DNA from: Camelus ferus
Taxonomy: Eukaryota
Direction: 5' to 3'
NCBI RefSeq assembly: GCF_009834535.1
Contig: NC_045710.1
Location: 54,870,001 to 54,934,000, forward strand
Length of the DNA stretch: 64,000 nt
Under the pieces are notes generated by a model, which did no database searches, was not told where the DNA came from, and was given only the letters and a program-made list of their open reading frames with translations. Positions 1-17,063 of this stretch are shown here, one piece after another (position 1 is the stretch's first letter; every line of letters begins with the position of its first letter). Both the position numbers and the translations under genes were made by a program.

Positions 1-149
1 GTCATGTGCCATTATCACAATAGAATTGATTCATGCAGTATTCACCAATGGATATTACGTATGCCTGGTGGGTGGAAGTGTCGACTGAAATAAAATCACA
101 CAATGTGAGAGACACCTGATATGATACACTGAGAGAAACATAGCATAAT

Positions 150-716
150 ATTTTCTGATTAGTACTCCTGCCAAGGATTAGGAGTCTAGACTTGAGGAAT
201 CCGGACGGATCCAGATTTGGACCATACTACAAGTCAAAGTCCTATACTCTTTAAGACTGTCAAAGTCACAAAAAGTAGAGAAAGAATGAGGAAACGTTCT
301 AGATTAAAGCAAATCAAAGAGATACGATGAAGAAATGTAACACTTGATTCTGGATTTGGATCCTGACATAGAAAAGAAAAGGAGACATAGGGCAGTGGCT
401 GAAATTTGAATGGGATCTGTGAATTGGATGATAATATTGTATCAGTGTTAATTTCCCAATTAACTGCACAAAAGTTATAGAACTGTGTACTTGTTTTTGA
501 GGCAGTACACAGTGAAATATTTGGGGTGAAATGGCATCATGTCTGCAACTTGTTCTCAGATTGATCAGAAAAGGAATAATGATAACAGGGAGGGAATAGT
601 AAAAGTTAATGATTGTAGAATCTGATTTAGGGAGCTAAGAGAGTTCTTTGTACACTTCTTGCAAGTTTTCTGAAAGTTTGAAATTATTTCAAAATAAATT
701 GTATTTAAAAAATAAA
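150..716 (+). mobile_element. Old L1M (L1MC/ME-type) 3' end fragment
   Basis: Recognisable L1M 3'UTR blocks (AAGACTGTCAAAGTCA...GATTCTGGATTTGGATCCTG...CATGTCTGCAACTTG...TTTTCTGAAAGTTTGAAATTATTTCAAAATAAA). Confidence 0.7.
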
Positions 717-924
717 GCTAAGAACTTTTTCAGAAGGACAAAGTTTTTCCTTTCAACCTACAAACCTGCTCAAATCTCTCCCAGGTAAACAAAGCAAAAC
801 AAAAATCAAAACAAAATGATGAAGCCTGTGGCTAGTTACTGTCACCATTTCCTCCCTGCTGGACATCAGGATGCTGAGGAAACAACACTGGGCCTAGTGT
901 CAGGAAGCCTGTTTGGTGCTGGCT

Positions 925-1085
925 CTGCCACCCCCTAACCATGTGACTCTGGCCAAATCATTTAACCTCTCTGAGCCTCTGTTTTCTCAGGAGGGAACAA
1001 TAATGTCTCCCTTACCGAGCTGCCATGGGGATCAAGGGAGGGAAAAGATATGAAAGTGGGTTATAAATTCTAGTATGTTCAACAA
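925..1085 (+). mobile_element. MIR
   Basis: TGTGACTCTGGCCAAATCATTTAACCTCTCTGAGCCTCTGTTTTCTC MIR core. Confidence 0.7.
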
Positions 1086-1639
1086 ATACTAACTGCAGGT
1101 GATCCCTCACTTTAAACTCCTGGTAATATAGGGCTATTGCCTTCACATCCTGCTGGAATGCATCCTGTTCTCGGAGCTTAGCCTAGCTTTTGCAGAACTG
1201 TATACAGCTATACAGCTGGGCACAACCTTGTTTTGCTGATACTGTCTGCCCTAGCGGAGCTTTCTTGCCTCTCTTGACCTCTTCTCAACCCTGCCTGGCC
1301 CCTCTGCCTGCCTGTTCAGGACAGGGGCCCACTTGGATCTGCTCCTGGTCATTTTCTCTTCATCTTCTTGCTCATTCTGGAATGTCTCATCTATTTCCAT
1401 CCTTTCAGGGGGAACCTCCATTTTTAAACTAATGAAGCCCCCAACTCACACCTTCTCCACTGACTTCTCCTTTTAGCATTCCATCTGCATCTGGGCATTC
1501 CCACATACATCTCAAATTCATCTTGGGCAACATTAAGTGATTATCTTCTCACTTGCTTCTCTTCCTTTATTTATGTTCTCTTCTTTATTTAAAACACTGT
1601 GTTCCCTCTAATACTTGGGCTAGAAATGTAGAAGTTATT

Positions 1640-2330
1640 TATTTATTATTTATTTATTCATTTAAATTGAAGTATATTTGTTTTGTTAGTTTCTGGTATA
1701 TAGCACAGTGAATCAGTTATATATAGGTGTGTATATATATATATATTCCTTTTCATATTCTTTTTCATTATAGGCTATTATAAGGTATTGAATATAGTTT
1801 CCTTTGCTATACAGTAGGACCTTGTTGTTTATCTGTTTTATATATAGTAGTTAATATCTGCAAACCCTGAACTCTCAGTTTATCCCTCCAGCCCTCTTCC
1901 CCAACCCCTGTAACCATAAATTTGTTTTCTATGTTGGTGAGTCTGTTTCTGTGTTGTGAATAAGTTCATTTGTGTCATTTTTTAAAGTTCCACATCTAAG
2001 TGATATCAAGTGATATCGTAGTTTTCTTTCTCTTTCTGGCTTACTTCACTTAGTATGACAATCTCCAGGTCCATCTATGTTGCTGCTAATGGCATTATTN
2101 NNNNNNNNNNNNNNNNNNNNNNNNNNNNNNNNNNNNNNNNNNNNNNNNNNNNNNNNNNNNNNNNNNNNNNNNNNNNNNNNNNNNNNNNNNNNNNNNNNNN
2201 NNNNNNNNNNNNNNNNNNNNNNNNNNNCCAGTCATCTGTCGATGGACATTTAATTTATGTTGCTTCCATGTCTTGGCTATTGTAAATGGTGGTGCTGTTA
2301 ACACTGGGGTGCATGTATCTTCAGAAGTCT
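1640..2330 (-). mobile_element. Cetartiodactyl-type L1 3' end, antisense
   Basis: T-rich tail, AATTGAAGTATA...GCTATACAGTAGGACCTTGTTG...ATGACAATCTCCAGGTCCATCTATGTTGCTGCTAATGGCATTATT; interrupted by N-run 2100-2227. Confidence 0.85.
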
Positions 2331-2985
2331 TTTATTGCTGTTGTTTGCTTACTGAAAACCTTCTGTGCCAGATACGACTTTGCATTCTTGATTTGCTTTA
2401 TTCCTTGAAAGAGCCCTGTGAAGTGGGTCCAACTTCATTCCATTTTACAAAGCTGGAATATGAGGTTCAGAGAGCTTAAGTTACTTTGAGCCCAAGGTTA
2501 CACAGCCAATAAAATAGGATTTGATAATAGGCTTATCTGACTCCAAAGTTCATTCTCTTAATCTTAATCACTAAACTACACTGAGTTCTTCCTTAATTTT
2601 CATATATAATTGTTCATGAACTTCTTAAAATTTCATCAATGAAGTGTCTCTGGAATCAGTTCATCCCTTATTTTGCTCCCTGCTGCTACCTTGTTCAGAC
2701 ATGCATCTCATATATATTTATATATCTGTATATAGGTGGTGCTTTTTTCTAAATATAAGTATGATACAAATTGGCTGTAAGAAAATTCATTTTAAAAAAC
2801 ACTAAGCAATATTTTAAAATAAAAAAAGGAAAGGAAAGGAAATTCACTACAGATCTACACAGTGAAAGTTTCCCAACTTTAGCTTCTAAAGATAATCACC
2901 ATTTACGGTATAGTATACATTCCTCATTTTTTTGTTATGTATGTAGTAGCATAGTATGCCTTTTAAAATGGGATCACATCATCTT

Positions 2986-3083
2986 TTAAAAAATTTTAAT
3001 AATTTATTATCCATCTCGGTGACTTTTTTAAAATTGAAGTGCAGTCAGTTACACTGTGTCAGTTTCTGGTGTGCAGCACAAAG
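2986..3083 (-). mobile_element. Very short 5'-truncated L1 tail flanked by a 17-bp direct repeat
   Basis: TGGGATCACATCATCTT at 2969-2985 and 3084-3100 flanks TTTTTAAAATTGAAGTGCAGTCAGTTACACTGTGTCAGTTTCTGGTGTGCAGCA (reverse complement of the L1 tail also seen at about 5700-5760). Confidence 0.75.
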
Positions 3084-3419
3084 TGGGATCACATCATCTT
3101 GAAACTTGCTTTTCTTACTTCATATGTTAGCACACACAGACCTACCTTGTTCCTTTTTTTTTTTTTCAAATTAGGTAAAACATGCACATTTTGTACAGAG
3201 TTCAATAGGCACAAAATATTATGAAGAACGTCTCCCCTCACCCTCATTACCCCAACCATCCATCGGATGGCTGTCACCAGTTTCTTGGGTAGCCTTCTGG
3301 GGCCTCATTTCTTTTAGTAGCAGCATAGTTCCCATTGTATGGATGTATCAAATCCATGTACCAAATCACTTTGGTGCCTCATTAGAGGCACACTTTGTTT
3401 CCAATGCTATTACTCAATA

Positions 3420-3540
3420 GGACTTAAATTCCATGTCAACTGAACTCCTTTCAGGGAGTGCTGGAGGTCAACAGCTGCAGAGGCTCATGATTTAATTCAA
3501 GCAGGGGTACATGGCAAGTGGCAATTTTTAGTTGGAACAA
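3420..3540 (-). mobile_element. MLT2/ERVL-type LTR fragment
   Basis: GGTCAACAGCTGCAGAGGCTCATGATTTAATTC...GGCAAGTGGCAATTTTTAGTTG resembles the MLT2 antisense strand. Confidence 0.5.
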
Positions 3541-3859
3541 TCTCGTCAATTACTTATCACCTCTTAGCCTTTGTTAGCAACATGGTGTTCCAGATTAGAT
3601 AGACGCACCACAATTCATTTATCCATTTCTCTACTGATGAGAATTTAGGCTGAAATATCATTTGCTCTGCTTGTAGGGCACATGCGATGTTAAGCCCTTT
3701 TGCCATTTTGCCGGCAATATAGTTTCTAATTCCTCCGCCGAACTGTAAACTCCTCAAAGGCAGACCGAAGAGTTCGTATTCATCTTTGTATCCTCATAGC
3801 ATAGCCCCAAATTTGGTCCGGAATATACGCTCACCACGCTTGAGTGTAATAATAATTGA

Positions 3860-4137
3860 ATCGCCAGCTGTGAGTTCGGATCACGATTGTGGGGAGGCGG
3901 AGCGAGCAGAAAGCCGCGCCCCTTTGAGCGGTCCCGGCCTCAGAGGGCGCGGAACTCTTGTTAGAAGAACCGTTGTTTCTCCGGGAGGATTTTTAGCTGC
4001 AGAGTGCCCCGCACAAGTATGGTCGCTACACACCGGATGTAGCCCGTTATTTGCTGGAATCAGTTCTTCCGCGGGGCGGAAAATGTATGTCTGCCTGTGT
4101 CCCAACTATTTCCAGCCCCCTTTCCTTGCTGGGCCCC
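3860..4137 (+). promoter_or_regulatory. INO80B CpG-island promoter/leader
   Basis: CpG-rich; GGGAGGCGGAG and GGGGCGG GC boxes; ETS-like CCGGATGT and CTTCCG. Confidence 0.6.
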
Positions 4138-6879
4138 ATGAGTAAGCTGTGGAGGCGCGGGAGCACCTCTGGGGCTATGGAGGTCCCCGAGCCGGGTAAG
4201 CTCGGGTAGAGAAAGCAACTTAGGCCTTCACAGGAAAGGAGTCCCTTTCTTGCTCCTCGGAGCTTCGTGGGTACCTCGCCACAGGTGGGACGGAGAAAGG
4301 CGGGGCGGAGAAAGGCGGGGCTGTTGTTATGGTAATAGCGTGTACCGCGGGAAGACCAAGCCGCCTCAGGGGTGTTGGGTTCTTCAGGGCTTTCCCTGCC
4401 CCGCTGCAGCTGTTCACCATTGACAGGCTCTCCTTCCGCAGGGGAAGCCCTGGAGTTGAGTCTGGCGGGTGCTCACGGCCACGGAGTGCACAAGAAAAAG
4501 CACAAGAAGCACAAGAAGAAACACAAGAAGAAACACTACCAGGAAGAGGAGGCTGGGCCCACACAGCCGTCTCCTGCCAAGCCCCAGCTCAAACTTAAAA
4601 TCAAGCTGGGCGGGCAGGTCCTGGGCACCAAGAGGTGAGCCAGGAGAGCCAAGGTTTTGCTTGGGGTCTTTAGGAGCAGGTAGACAGAGAAGAAGAAGCT
4701 GGTTGGGCTTTCCAGAAGGCAGGGAATGGACGCTGTGACTTCAGGGACCAGGTTAATGCGGCAAGAACCTAAGAGGGTGTAGGGAAGGCTAGATGTACTG
4801 AGTAGGAAGAGATGATTGCTCAGCTTACAGAGTGGTTGCTTCTCTGCAGTGTTCCTACCTTCACTGTGATCCCTGAGGGCCCTCGCTCACCCTCTCCCCT
4901 TATGGTTGTGGACAATGAAGAGGAACCTGTGGAAGGAGTCCCCCTTGAGCAGTACCGTGCCTGGCTGGGTGAGACGGGATCTGGAGGTGGGGAAACTGGG
5001 TTTCTCATTATACCTGGTTAGGGGAAGAGGTGTAGTTCTGAGGAAGGTGAGAATTTTGAGTGTCCCAATATTGCCCAAATTGGGGTTCTCCATCTGAACA
5101 GTTCTACTTTTAGCTCTCCAACTTTCCTTTCCAGATGAAGACAGTAATCTGTCCCCCTCCCCACTTCGGGACCTGTCGGGGAGCTTAGGGGGTCAGGAGG
5201 AAGAGGAAGAACAGAGGTGGCTGGATGCCTTGGAGAAGGGGGAGCTGGATGACAATGGAGATCTCAAGAAGGAGATCAATGAACGGCTGCTCACTGCTAG
5301 ACAGGTAATTTGGTTCATTCTTGATTCACTTGCCCAATATGTATTGAGAACTTTCCACGTCCTGAGAACTTTGGTAGGCAGAGGGGATATTGGCAGTGGA
5401 GAAAAGACAGTTTCTGTTCTCATGGAGCTGGTATTTGTGTGTGTGTGTGTGTGTGCGCGCGCTGGGGGTATAAATAAACAAATAATTTGAAAAACTGTAA
5501 GGTGTATAACAAAAATAGGACGATGAAATAGAAAGTAGTAGAAAAGAAACAACGTATCTCTAAAGAGATAACATTTCCAAGACCAGAGAGGCTTTTCAGG
5601 CAGATCAACAAGGGCAAAGACCCTGAGAGTGGAACGTACCTAATTATGGTCAAGAAGAAGAATAAGTGTAAAACGAATGTATGTTTGTATATGTAGGACT
5701 GAAACATTATGCTGCACACCAGAAATTGACACATTGTAGACTGACTATACTTCAGTTTTTTAAAAAAACAACTGTGATTACCACGAAAGGGTTGTATGCA
5801 GAGAAGTGATATATTTGATTTAATTTCAGTAGATCACTTTAGTTTCTCAGAGGGGGTAATGGCTAGAAGCAAGGACAGCTAGGAAGCTGTTGAAGTAGTC
5901 AGATAAGAGACAGTGGTGGCTTGAACCAAGGTGAAGTCGTGGAGATGGAGAATATCTTATGCATTCTGGATATATTTTGGAAATAGACACTTGTTGAGGG
6001 AAGGAGAGATTAAGGATAACCCTGAGTTTTGGGCTTTGAGCACTTATCCAACTGATGCTATCCATTGAGATAAAAAGATTTAAAACAACAACAGAAAGCT
6101 GGTACAGAGTTTTGGTATGCAGAGCAAGGAGGTAACATTAATTGCTAGTGCTTTTCCCTTTGAGAGACAGGGATCTAAAGGTGAAGTCTGGAGACCTGGG
6201 AGGAGGCCATATTAAGGGCTTCCAGGAGAGGGTGCTCAGTCCACCCCTTTTCTCAAGGCCTGCTCTCCATGTCCCCTCTTCCCCCTCCTCCGTTCAGGCG
6301 GACCCCGCTTCTCCATTTTCTGACATCATCTTACTTGTCTCTCCCCAGCGAGCTCTGCTACAGAAGGCAAGGAGTCAGCCTTCCCCCATGCTGTCACTGC
6401 CTGTGGCTGGGGTCTGCCCAGCCCCCGCCCTCACCGAGGAGATGCTGCTGAAGCGCGAGGAGCGGGCTCGGAAGAGGCGGCTGCAGGCAGCGCGGCGGGC
6501 GGAGGAGCACAAGAACCAGACTATCGAGCGCCTCACCAAGACTGCAGCGCCCAGCGGCCGGGGAGGCCGAGGGGCCACCCGGGGCGAGCGGCGGGGAGGG
6601 CGGGCTGCAGCCCCGGCCCCTATGGTGCGCTACAGCAGTGGGGCACAGGGTTCCACCCTTTCCTTCCCACCTGGCGTCCCTGCCCCCGCGCCTGTGTCTC
6701 CAAGGCCATCCCCACCTGGCCCTCCTCCTCGATGCTCTGTTCCCGGCTGCCCCCATCCGCGCCGCTACGCCTGCTCCCGCACGGGCCAGGCACTCTGCAG
6801 CCTTCAGTGTTACCGCATCAACCTGCAGATGCGGCTGGGTGGGCCTGAGGGCCCCGGATCCCCACTTTTGGCTACTTAA
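4087..6879 (+). CDS. INO80B: INO80 complex subunit B (PAPA-1 domain, C-terminal HIT-type zinc finger)
   Basis: Exons 4138-4195 (MSKLWRRGSTSGAMEVPEP; an in-frame upstream ATG at 4087 adds MSACVPTISSPLSLLGP), 4442-4634 (KKKHKKHKKKHKKKH basic tract), 4850-4968, 5135-5304, 6349-6879 (CSVPGCPHPRRYACSRTGQALCSLQC, TAA). All GT-AG with consistent phases. 356 aa from ATG 4138. Confidence 0.97.
5436..5462. repeat. (TG)10(CG)n alternating purine-pyrimidine microsatellite
   Basis: TGTGTGTGTGTGTGTGTGTGCGCGCGC in INO80B intron 4; Z-DNA-prone. Confidence 0.9.
5670..5770 (+). mobile_element. L1 3'-terminal fragment in INO80B intron 4
   Basis: GACTGAAACATTATGCTGCACACCAGAAATTGACACATTGTAGACTGACTATACTTCAG plus A/T tail. 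Confidence 0.75.
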
Positions 6880-6939
6880 GGCCCTCACCCAACCTGGACT
6901 GTGCGCCTTCTCCCCAGGTTTCAGTGTCTTCCCCAACCT

Positions 6940-6945
6940 ATTAAA
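6940..6945 (+). terminator. Probable INO80B poly(A) signal (ATTAAA)
   Basis: ATTAAA 60 nt after the stop, before the WBP1 promoter. Confidence 0.55.
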
Positions 6946-7199
6946 AGTCCTCCGATGCCTTGACTTGTACAGAATTGGGGGGTTGGGGGTTGGGCAGGCC
7001 AATTCCCTGTGCACACGTCTTGCCCCCACCAGAGCTTGCGTCGACGCCTGGGAAAGGTCCACCAGGCCCAAGAAGAGTAGCTGCTCCGATTCCGGAGTCT
7101 AGCGGACTTTTGGGACCCCGCCTCTTCCAGCGGGACTACCTGCCGTGGTCGGGCGTTTGGCATCATCCCGAAAATAGGGTTTGAACCAAGCAGTGGATA

Positions 7200-7480
7200 C
7201 GTCGCTGTTCTGGACGGCCGTTCATTGGTTGATAGCTCAGACCCTGTTCTGTTGTCTGTATTGGCTGCTGTCGCTGTCAATCAGGGCGCTGGGTCGAACC
7301 TTGCCCCAGTCTTTGTGCAAGCTCTTGTTGTCTGGGAGAGTGGCGGAGGCGCTGCTGCGGATTGGTCACAGGGAGAGGCCTGTGATCCTTCCTATTGGCC
7401 CGCCTGTCAGAGCATGATGCAGATTGGTAGGACAGAACAACCTGGGCGCTAGTTGGCAGAGGTCTCACCGGATGGAAGCT
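7200..7480 (+). promoter_or_regulatory. WBP1 promoter with an inverted CCAAT-box array
   Basis: ATTGG at 7224, 7260, 7361, 7394 and 7423 in a CpG-rich segment. Confidence 0.65.
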
Positions 7481-7613
7481 CCGGTCGTGGAATGATGGTG
7501 GCAGCAGCGAAGATGGGCCGGACTGGGGCCATGGTGGTGGCGGCAGAGGTGGCAGGGGCGGGGCGGCTGGCGGTAGAGGAGACTGTGGTCTTCAGGGGGC
7601 TGTAGGTGGAAGC

Positions 7614-9683
<2,070 letters not shown>

Positions 9684-9872
9684 ACAGTTTTGGGAGGGTG
9701 GGTGGGTTACTTGCCCACCAGAAATAGCCCTGGTCCCAACTCTCTGAGCTCTCCTTGGCCTCTCCCTGCCCTCCTAGAACCTGCTGGAAAGGACTGGAGT
9801 CCCACGAAGGGCAGTGCTGGGGGGACTGTGCTAGCTCTACCCCCTAAGACACACACAGGAGCCTCTGATCTC

Positions 9873-9878
9873 ATTAAA
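9873..9878 (+). terminator. Probable WBP1 poly(A) signal (ATTAAA)
   Basis: ATTAAA 190 nt after the stop, followed by GT-rich sequence. Confidence 0.6.
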
Positions 9879-10087
9879 GAGATGTGAAGCAGCTGCTTGT
9901 GGACTTGGGTGGACTAGTGCTGGACTCACTGCATTGCACTTGACCTGACTAGGTTTGGAGGGGACAGCTGGTAGCCACTTTCCCCACCTTCTCTGAAGGA
10001 AAGCAGGCAGCCCTAAGGCCTGGACCAGGGTAAGACCTCCTGGTGAGGTAAAGCTGGCAAAAAAGGAGAGTTTGGCATGTTTTCTAG

Positions 10088-10093
10088 TTTATT
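10088..10093 (-). terminator. Probable MOGS poly(A) signal (AATAAA)
   Basis: TTTATT on + strand, 190 nt beyond the MOGS stop. Confidence 0.65.
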
Positions 10094-10282
10094 TAGAAAA
10101 ATAGACTCTGCATTCACATTCACCCCAGGGCTATGTGGGATGACAGTAAGGAGACACCTGAGATGAGTTGCTGAGGGTCTGAAGCACTGGTATGTGAGGG
10201 TGGGGGGCACAAGTGAGAGACCTTGTCCCTCTAGTCCAGAGTGCACAAGGGGCCTGGCTCCCCTCCCATCCTCCATCCATCC

Positions 10283-13751
<3,469 letters not shown>

Positions 13752-13759
13752 CCTGGCAC

Positions 13760-14040
13760 GGAGGTCGGCGTCGCGGGGTCCGGGAGAGGCGGCAACGGAG
13801 CCCGGCTCTACCTCGCCTCCCTGGGATGCCCGTAGCGCCGGGGCGACCACTGATGTCACTCGCACCTGCGGGCCCGCGCCTCCGGCTCCGCTTCCGCCTC
13901 CCGCCGGAAGCCCCGCCCCGCCACGTCAGGTTAAGCCCCAGACCCCGGAACCGTCGTCGCCGGCGTTGGTGTAGGGCTCGTTTTAGGAGGGCCGACCCGA
14001 CTGGATCTGCGATTATTTGGCGTTCACGCGACTAGCAGGA
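13760..14040 (-). promoter_or_regulatory. MOGS CpG-island promoter with ETS, GC-box and UPRE-like elements
   Basis: CTTCCG and CCGGAAG ETS cores, CCCCGCCCC, and GCCACGTCA at 13920-13928 (reverse complement TGACGTGGC). Confidence 0.7.
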
Positions 14041-15299
14041 AAAATCAATCTCGCACTTGCCTCTGTTTTTTTTTTTTTTTTTTTTTTAAATAACGACTAT
14101 AGATTAAGAGCCTGGGACGCAGCCTTGAGTGTTTTATACTTAACTGCTCCTCACCTCGCCCTAACTAGGTGGCTGAAAACTGTGGTCTAGAAAGTTCTGG
14201 TAACTTGGCCCTGGCCACAGAACCGCGAAGTGGCTAGCTTGGAACCCAGGTGTACCTAAATCAAGCTGCACCATAAATTGTCCACAGCTATGCTTTCTTT
14301 TCTAGTGAAATGAAGTGGACCCAAGAGGGACCCTAAGATCTGTTCCAGTGGTGTCTTTAAGCAACGCCCGTGGCTTTACACAAGTCTTATCTCCACTCTG
14401 TCTAGGATTACTTATCTAGATGAACTGTAAAGGGACCATAATGGTGGTGCATGTTCTTTTTCTCTTATGTCCTTTTCTACAACCGAGGAAGCAAAGGCGC
14501 TTAGGGAGGGACTGCTTGTGTCCCAGTCAGGGAAGGCTATAGGAAGGAGGTAGCATCTGCACCTCACGTTGACCTAGAAGAGTCAACATCACATTTGATG
14601 GTGGTTCAGAAATGCAACTTAGATTTGGTTACTTATTCTCACTAACAGCTCAGCACAAAAGATGGTTCATAAAGTACAAACCCCGATCCTCTCAAAAAAC
14701 CCTACTCCACACCCTTATGCAATTCTAGCTATTATCACACCTCCCATCCAAATTCTGTAACACATTTATGCTGCATGCCCACTTCTTATTTCATTATAGT
14801 CTGATTTCTGGCCCCACTGCCACTTGTAGACTTATTACTTATTTAACAATCACCAAACCCAATGATTGGTCCATTCTCTTACCTTTTTTGCTACCATTGC
14901 ACCTGGTACTGCAGCACTTAGTACAAACCTAAGTACCATCATTCATCTTTGTAACCCAATACTAATCAGTTACAGTCAAAAGGTTGATACTAAATATTTG
15001 TAAATTCAACAAATATTTTTTGCACACTCTGTATCAGGCTCTATGCAAAGTGCTGGGGATACAGAGAAAACAGCCCCAACCTCCAGTTCACAACCTAGAA
15101 GCACAATGCCAGCACTCAATCCATGTTTACAGCAACATCTGGACCATCTTGGTTTCTACAGATGAGGAGTGTAGTTAAATCTGGCCAAAGATAACAACCA
15201 GTTAACTATGGACCTCTCAAACTCAAGTCTAGGTTCAGTATTCTTTCTACTATAACCTCAGGCTCTCCCAATGCTCCCCCAATGTTCCAGGCAGTTTAC

Positions 15300-15480
15300 A
15301 GGTAGCAATTCTTTTAATCCTCTCAACAGTCCCATGAGGTAGGTACTACCATCCCCATTTTATAAATGAGGAAACAGGCACTGAGAGACTAAGTAATGTG
15401 TCCAAAATTACCTAGCTACTTAAGGGAAAAGCTAGGATTTCAATCCCAGGCATTCTGGCTGTTTACTACACTATGCTGTC
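15300..15480 (-). mobile_element. MIR
   Basis: CCCATGAGGTAGGTACTACCATCCCCATTTTATAAATGAGGAAACAGGCACTGAGAGACTAAGTAA. Confidence 0.8.
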
Positions 15481-16246
15481 TCCTGATAGATTTCTTTCTT
15501 TAAAGTGGAGGGTAAAAAACAGCTCTTTGAAGATATTACCCTTTTAAGTAGAGAAGCAGAATAGTAATGCGGTAGAAAGGCTATGGGAAATGTATTTGGC
15601 AAAGTACACAGCAGCCAGTGCCCAGAGGTCCTTGACTGCCTAGCTGAATATGGTGAAGTTTTTCTCTCATTTTTTCTTACAACCTATGGTAAGAAATAAT
15701 TCTATACTGCAACCAAGTACATGCACATAGACACATATACACACACTTTACATAATCTATCTATATTCATGATTATATACTTAAAACATTAAGTTGCTTA
15801 AAGAATACTTCCCATTCCATGTGCCATACACTCTGATACAATCCTGTAAATTGATTTCACGATTCACATTAATGGGTGACAACCTCGTATGAAAAACACT
15901 TCAGGCACAGTACCTAAAAGTACTTTAGGCACTGTTCTCTGAAACAACTAGTAGTAAAATATAAAACCAGTGATGTGCTTTGGAAAGATAAAATTAAGCA
16001 GCAGCAGCAAAAATGATTTGGAAAAAGACCAGGTGGGAGAATGCAACAATGATACAGGAGAGTGAATGGGAATGAAGAGAACATTTCAGGAGCTTCTGTT
16101 TAAGACAGAATATTCTGAACTTACTGACTGGATATGCAGGAAAGGGAGGGGGCAGAACCAGAGATAATGCTGTGGTTTCCAACTCAAGTGGCTGAGCAGA
16201 GGAACTGCCTTTTAAAGGAATGAGAAGTCAGGGGAGGAGGCAAGTA

Positions 16247-16472
16247 CAGTTGACCCTTAAACAATGGGGGTCAGGTTGGGGTTAGGGACCCAACCCCTCT
16301 ACAGAGTTGAAAATCTGGGGATAACTCTACAGATGGCCCTCCAGAATCCACGGTTCCACAACCGCAGATTGAAAAAGCCAGGAAGTGTTCTACTGTAGTA
16401 TGTATTTATTTTTTAAAATAGGCATATAAGAGGACCCCTGCAGTTCAAACCCAGTTGTTCAAGGGTCAACTA
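16247..16472. mobile_element. TcMar-Tigger (Tigger2-like) MITE
   Basis: Terminal inverted repeats CAGTTGACCCTTAAACAA ... TTGTTCAAGGGTCAACTA with TA dinucleotides on both sides. Confidence 0.85.
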
Positions 16473-17063
16473 TACAGAGTATGTAAGATTATATTTTGTA
16501 TAAAGAGTGTTGGTAGAATTTGGGTAAAACTCATAGTAGATATCCTGACTATTGCACAGGATTTGATATTTGAGGCAAACAGAAATGTAGAGGTTAACCC
16601 AAGAGGGTGGTTCGAGTCCCCACCCCCCCAAAAAAGAGAAAGAAAAGTAGTATGCTTATAGGGTTAAGAGAAGAAAAAGGACCTGAAAGTAAAAGAAGTT
16701 CCACAAGGAAGTGAATTAAGAGTGGTAGATGCTACTGAGATGGAAAGATGAGGACTGAGGAAACAGCACTGGATTTTCTAATAAGAAAAAGTATCTTGAG
16801 CAGTGGTGGGAGAAGCCAGATTCAAGAGTCAAGCAGTGAATGATGGTAAGAAAGTGAAATAAATTCAAGTTTCTTCAGACCCCTCCCCATCTTGTTTCCT
16901 CCCAGAAACACTGGTTGGATTTATCGTCACGGGGCTCTTTCTTTTGGGGGCGCTCTGTGGCCCTCCAGATAGTGATTTGAGAAATTATTAAGTGACGGTT
17001 TTCTTAGATAAGTGTCCTTAGCAGTTTCACGCTAAAAACTGCTTGTTGGTCCCTTCTGCGCCG

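Noticed and set aside
16609-16619. Perfect Pol III B box GGTTCGAGTCC
   Set aside because: No A box, no tRNA fold and no SINE body around it; it sits in decayed repeat-like sequence and is most likely chance (a lone TFIIIC site cannot be excluded).
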